From NCBI GenBank assembly GCA_045863395.1, contig BTVJ01000143.1, positions 1 through 11,245 of the forward strand: a stretch of 11,245 bases of DNA, read 5' to 3'. This document shows, in pieces, positions 8,156-11,245 of the stretch. The position numbers were made by a program, and so were the translations under genes. The notes under the pieces were generated by a model, which worked only from the letters and a program-made list of their open reading frames with translations, had not been told where the DNA came from and did no database searches. Within the stretch, counting starts at the first letter, position 1. Each line of letters opens with the position of its first letter. The stretch comes from Myxococcales bacterium (GTDB lineage Bacteria; Myxococcota_A; UBA9042; JABWCM01; BTVJ01).

Positions 8156-9996
8156 TGAGGGGGGGCGGAGCACGAGGAGGCGAGGAGGCGAGGAGGCGAG
8201 GAGGAGAGGTGGAGAGGCGCGCCGTCGTGATGGAGATTCTGGAGGGAGGGACGGGGCGGGCCCTCTCCGACGGAGCCGTGCTGCGCATGGACGACGACTC
8301 CCTGCGGGCAGGCGACGTCGTGCTGGCGGTCGCCCGCAGCGACGGGGGCGCACGGGTGCTGTCCGTCCTGGGCGCCGCAGGTACTGCGGGCGCAGAGATG
8401 GCCCGCGTCGTGGCTGCCCATGCCCTGTCGATGGAGTACTCTCCGGCTGTCCTCTCGGACGTCGACCAGATCCTGCGGGATCCGGGAATCCACGATCCTA
8501 CCCTGCAGGACCTGACACACCTCCCCTTTGTGACCATCGACGGCGAGGGAGCCCGCGATCTGGACCAGGCGCTGTTCATCCAGCGGGCAGGCGGCGGGTA
8601 CCTCGTGCGGTATGCGATCGCAGATGCTTCCTGGTATGTGCGGCCGGGCACTGCGCTGTTCGAGGAGGCGCTCTCCCGGGGGGCCAGCTTCTACCTGCCG
8701 GGCTTGGTGGTCCCCATGCTCCCGCGCCCGCTCTCGGAGGGCATCGTGTCCCTCGGGGCGGGGGAGCCGCGGCGCGCGCTCGTGCTGGCGTTGGAGCTCG
8801 ATGGAACGGCGCGCTGTGTCCGTGTCGCCTTCGTGCGGGCGCGCATTCGGAGCGCTGCTGCGCTGTCGTTCGACCAGGTCCAGCGGTGGTACGACGCGCC
8901 CGCCATGAGCCCCCTCGGAGGCTCACCCTTCTGCGAGTCACTGGCGCTCCTGCGGGAGGTAGGTCGTCTGCGGCTCGTCGAGGCGCGCGATCGGGACGTG
9001 GTGTCCTACCAGCGCGCCGAGATGGTGGTCCGCATAGGCGACGAGGGCTTCGGGTTCAGCGTGGTCGCGGATGTCCGCTCCGAGGTGGAGCTCTACAACG
9101 AGCAGATCTCGCTCATGGCCAATGTCGAGGGGGCTCGGCTCATGGTGTCCCACGGCGCGCGGGCTGCCTGGCGGGTCCATCCGGCCCCCTCCGACGGCCG
9201 CCTCGTGGCCCTGGAGCGCCTCATCGCCGGCATCGTCACCTCGCATCGGCTGGATCCGGCCGTGTGGCGGTGGCGTCGTCGCCGCTCTCCAGCCGACCAC
9301 CGGGGCATCCCCCTGGCGGACTACCTTGCGCGGATTCGTGCGGCGGGGGGCCATGAGCGGATCCGCGCGGCCATCGAGCGCGCCGCCATGGTCTCCAACG
9401 TGCGCTCCACCTTCTCTCCTGAGCTGGGGCCACACTATGGCGTCGGGGCGCCTGCCTATGCGCGTCTCACCGCGCCGATGCGAGAGGTCGTCGGCGTCCA
9501 CACCCACGCGGAGGCGTTGGCGGCGGTGGGGGCTGCCGGGGCAGGCGGCTGGGACGACCTGGACCTGCTCGACCGGGTGATCGCGGCCGGAAACAAGGCG
9601 CGCGAGGTGCAGCGGCGATTGACCAAGGCCGCAAACAAGGTGGTGATCGACCACCTCCTCGGCGCAGATCTGGCGCAGCCCGAGGACGTGCGCCCCTGGC
9701 GGCGCGCGACCGTCGTCGAGGTGCAGTCTGCGCGCGCCTATGTGCACCTCGACTCGCCACCCATCGAGATCAAGGTCTACCAGGACGATCTCGGGGAGCG
9801 GCCCCGGGTGACCCTCGGTGGGGCGGTGTTGGCGCTCGACCCGGACACCACGTTGCGGGTCGGCGCTGCCGTCGACGTGCAGGTCATCGGGTACGAGGAG
9901 CGGTCCGACCGGTGGCGCTTCGACTTGCGCGTCGTGGCGGAGGAGTCTCGCTCCAAGCGCCGCCGCGCCGCGCCGACCGGGCGGCGGGCGCCGTAG
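8155..9996 (+). CDS. RNB-domain 3'-5' exoribonuclease (RNase II/R family); start uncertain (ATG 8155, GTG 8209 or ATG 8230)
   Basis: Motifs DLTHLPFVTIDGEGARDLDQAL, YAIADASWYV, RGASFYLPGLVVPMLPRPLSEGIVSL, SLMANVEGA and HYGVGAPAYARLTAPMRE, an S1-like C-terminal beta domain, and a basic tail SRSKRRR. The ORF-track start at 7852 overlaps the upstream gene and is unlikely. Confidence 0.9.
   Translation: MRGGGARGGEEARRRGGEVERRAVVMEILEGGTGRALSDGAVLRMDDDSLRAGDVVLAVARSDGGARVLSVLGAAGTAGAEMARVVAAHALSMEYSPAVLSDVDQILRDPGIHDPTLQDLTHLPFVTIDGEGARDLDQALFIQRAGGGYLVRYAIADASWYVRPGTALFEEALSRGASFYLPGLVVPMLPRPLSEGIVSLGAGEPRRALVLALELDGTARCVRVAFVRARIRSAAALSFDQVQRWYDAPAMSPLGGSPFCESLALLREVGRLRLVEARDRDVVSYQRAEMVVRIGDEGFGFSVVADVRSEVELYNEQISLMANVEGARLMVSHGARAAWRVHPAPSDGRLVALERLIAGIVTSHRLDPAVWRWRRRRSPADHRGIPLADYLARIRAAGGHERIRAAIERAAMVSNVRSTFSPELGPHYGVGAPAYARLTAPMREVVGVHTHAEALAAVGAAGAGGWDDLDLLDRVIAAGNKAREVQRRLTKAANKVVIDHLLGADLAQPEDVRPWRRATVVEVQSARAYVHLDSPPIEIKVYQDDLGERPRVTLGGAVLALDPDTTLRVGAAVDVQVIGYEERSDRWRFDLRVVAEESRSKRRRAAPTGRRAP
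8173..8204 (+). repeat. Perfect tandem repeat (CGAGGAGG)x4
   Basis: Copies start at 8173, 8181, 8189 and 8197. A G7 run at 8159-8165 precedes them. Each unit contains AGGAGG. Confidence 0.95.
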
Positions 9997-10115
9997 CTCC
10001 CTCGCGCAGTCGCAAGCGGTGGGCCCTCCAGGTTCTCAGGGACGTCCGGGGGAATCAGCGGCGGCAGCCGACGGGTGGGCGAAGGGGAGAACTCTGCGGC
10101 GTCTCCTCCCCGTCG

Positions 10116-11245
10116 TCAGGGTCCGCAGCCTCCACACGGCGAGGCGCACTCTTCGACACACAGGCCGTCCCAGGACACCTGACAGCAGAATGGATCCATG
10201 GAGCAGACGCACTTCTCGCAGGCACAGCCGTTGCAGCCGGGGCCGTTCTGGGGCTGACAGCCGCCGCCGCAGGACCCGCAGTCCAAGGGACACGAGTCGC
10301 AAGACTCATCGGCGGAACACTGGCCGTCTCCGCAGCTCGGCCCGCCCCCACACAGACCGCACTGCTGGCAAGCATCGGGGCAGCAGTCTCCAAGCTGTAC
10401 GCAGATCGGGTCGCAGAAGCAGCCGCCAGGGGCCGCGCCGCCGCAGGCGCCGGCGCAGGAGAGCCCGGGGTTGCACGGTCCGCAGTCCTTCTGGCACGAG
10501 GCGCACGTCTCGCCGCTGCTGCACTGGCCATCTCCGCAGACCGGACCGCAGGACCCGCAATCACCGGGGCACGAGGCGCAGGTCTCCGTGCCGTTGCAGA
10601 TGGCGTCGCCGCAGATTGGAGCGCACTTGCCGCAGTCCTTGGCGCACGTGACGCACGACTCGTTCAGGCTGCACAGCCCATCGCCGCAGTAGGGCTGGCA
10701 CTTCCCGCAGTCCACGGGGCAGGTCTGGCAGGACTCGCCGAGCTGGCACAGGCCGTCGCCACAGGTGGAGGGGCACACCCCGCAGTCCGTGGGGCAGGAC
10801 TTGCAGTTCTCGGTCCCGGTGCAGCTACCGTCGCCGCAGATGACGGGACAGGCGCCGCAGTCCTTGGGGCACGTCTTGCAGGACTCGGCGTCGGAGCAGA
10901 TCCCGTTCCCGCAGAAGTCCGGGCAGGTGCCGCAGTCCTTCGGGCAGAGCGAGCAGTTCTCGGCGCCCGTGCAGGCGCCGTCGCCGCAGATGGCGGGGCA
11001 GGCGCCGCAGTCCTTGGGGCAGGAGGAGCAGGATTCTGAGAAGGGGTCGCACTTCCCGTCGCCGCACGCGGATGGGCAGGGCCCGCAGTCCTTGGGGCAG
11101 GAGGAGCAGGACTCTGAGAAGGGGTCGCACTTCCCGTCGCCGCACGCGGATGGGCAGGGCCCGCAGTCCTTGGGGCATGAGGAGCAGGATTCTGAGAAGG
11201 GGTCGCACTTCCCGTCGCCGCACGCGGATGGGCAGGGCCCGCAGT
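10116..11245 (-). CDS. 5'-truncated Cys-rich repeat protein (CGDGxC...CxxCPxDCGxC repeats, somatomedin-B-like module); probably secreted or surface-located
   Basis: Manual translation is open from codon 11243 to the TGA at 10118-10116 (375 aa visible), in frame with the ORF-track 10116..10778 call. It shows ten full consecutive 25-26 aa units with 6 Cys each, an SMB-like module, one more unit, and a Cys-rich terminal module. Confidence 0.9.
   Translation of the reverse strand, partial: CGPCPSACGDGKCDPFSESCSSCPKDCGPCPSACGDGKCDPFSESCSSCPKDCGPCPSACGDGKCDPFSESCSSCPKDCGACPAICGDGACTGAENCSLCPKDCGTCPDFCGNGICSDAESCKTCPKDCGACPVICGDGSCTGTENCKSCPTDCGVCPSTCGDGLCQLGESCQTCPVDCGKCQPYCGDGLCSLNESCVTCAKDCGKCAPICGDAICNGTETCASCPGDCGSCGPVCGDGQCSSGETCASCQKDCGPCNPGLSCAGACGGAAPGGCFCDPICVQLGDCCPDACQQCGLCGGGPSCGDGQCSADESCDSCPLDCGSCGGGCQPQNGPGCNGCACEKCVCSMDPFCCQVSWDGLCVEECASPCGGCGP
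11005..11245. repeat. 78-bp near-identical coding tandem repeat, at least 3 copies, continuing off the window
   Basis: Units start at 11005, 11083, 11161 and (partial) 11239. They encode PCPSACGDGKCDPFSESCSSCPKDCG. The copies differ only at two synonymous sites (GAA/GAG and TCC/TCA). Confidence 0.95.

Noticed and set aside
10069..10115. Imperfect stem CGACGGG...CCCGTCG between convergent genes as a bidirectional terminator
   Set aside because: The stem is interrupted, lacks U/A tracts, and is plausible by chance at this GC level.
9912..11039. 375-aa plus-strand Ala-rich ORF
   Set aside because: It is the antisense shadow of the Cys-rich gene (TGC read as GCA).
11005..11245. 78-bp repeats as a CRISPR array
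   Set aside because: There are no unique spacers, the period is a multiple of 3, variation is synonymous, and no cas genes are present. It is a coding repeat.

Overview
GC-rich bacterial chromosomal segment whose protein families look like Myxococcota/deltaproteobacteria (inference from domain style only). Six coding regions are supported: (1) a membrane Ser/Thr kinase with an N-terminal Zn-ribbon-like motif and a C-terminal PEGA-like domain (-); (2) a Cys-rich lipoprotein with an Asp-box/BNR beta-propeller (-); (3) a divergently transcribed lipoprotein with MopE-like metal-binding repeats and a Vgb-lyase-like propeller (+); (4) a MEDS-PAS-GAF sensor with no output domain (+); (5) an RNB-family (RNase II/R-like) ribonuclease whose first candidate start overlaps the sensor's stop codon (+); (6) the 3' part of a very Cys-rich repeat protein with a somatomedin-B-like module, running off the right edge (-). 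Three sigma70-like promoters, a 4x CGAGGAGG tandem repeat and a 78-bp near-perfect coding tandem repeat are visible. I see no mobile element, CRISPR array, tRNA or rRNA. The best candidate for an undescribed system is the output-less sensor coupled to the ribonuclease through a TGATG/G7/(CGAGGAGG)4 junction, but this is a hypothesis.
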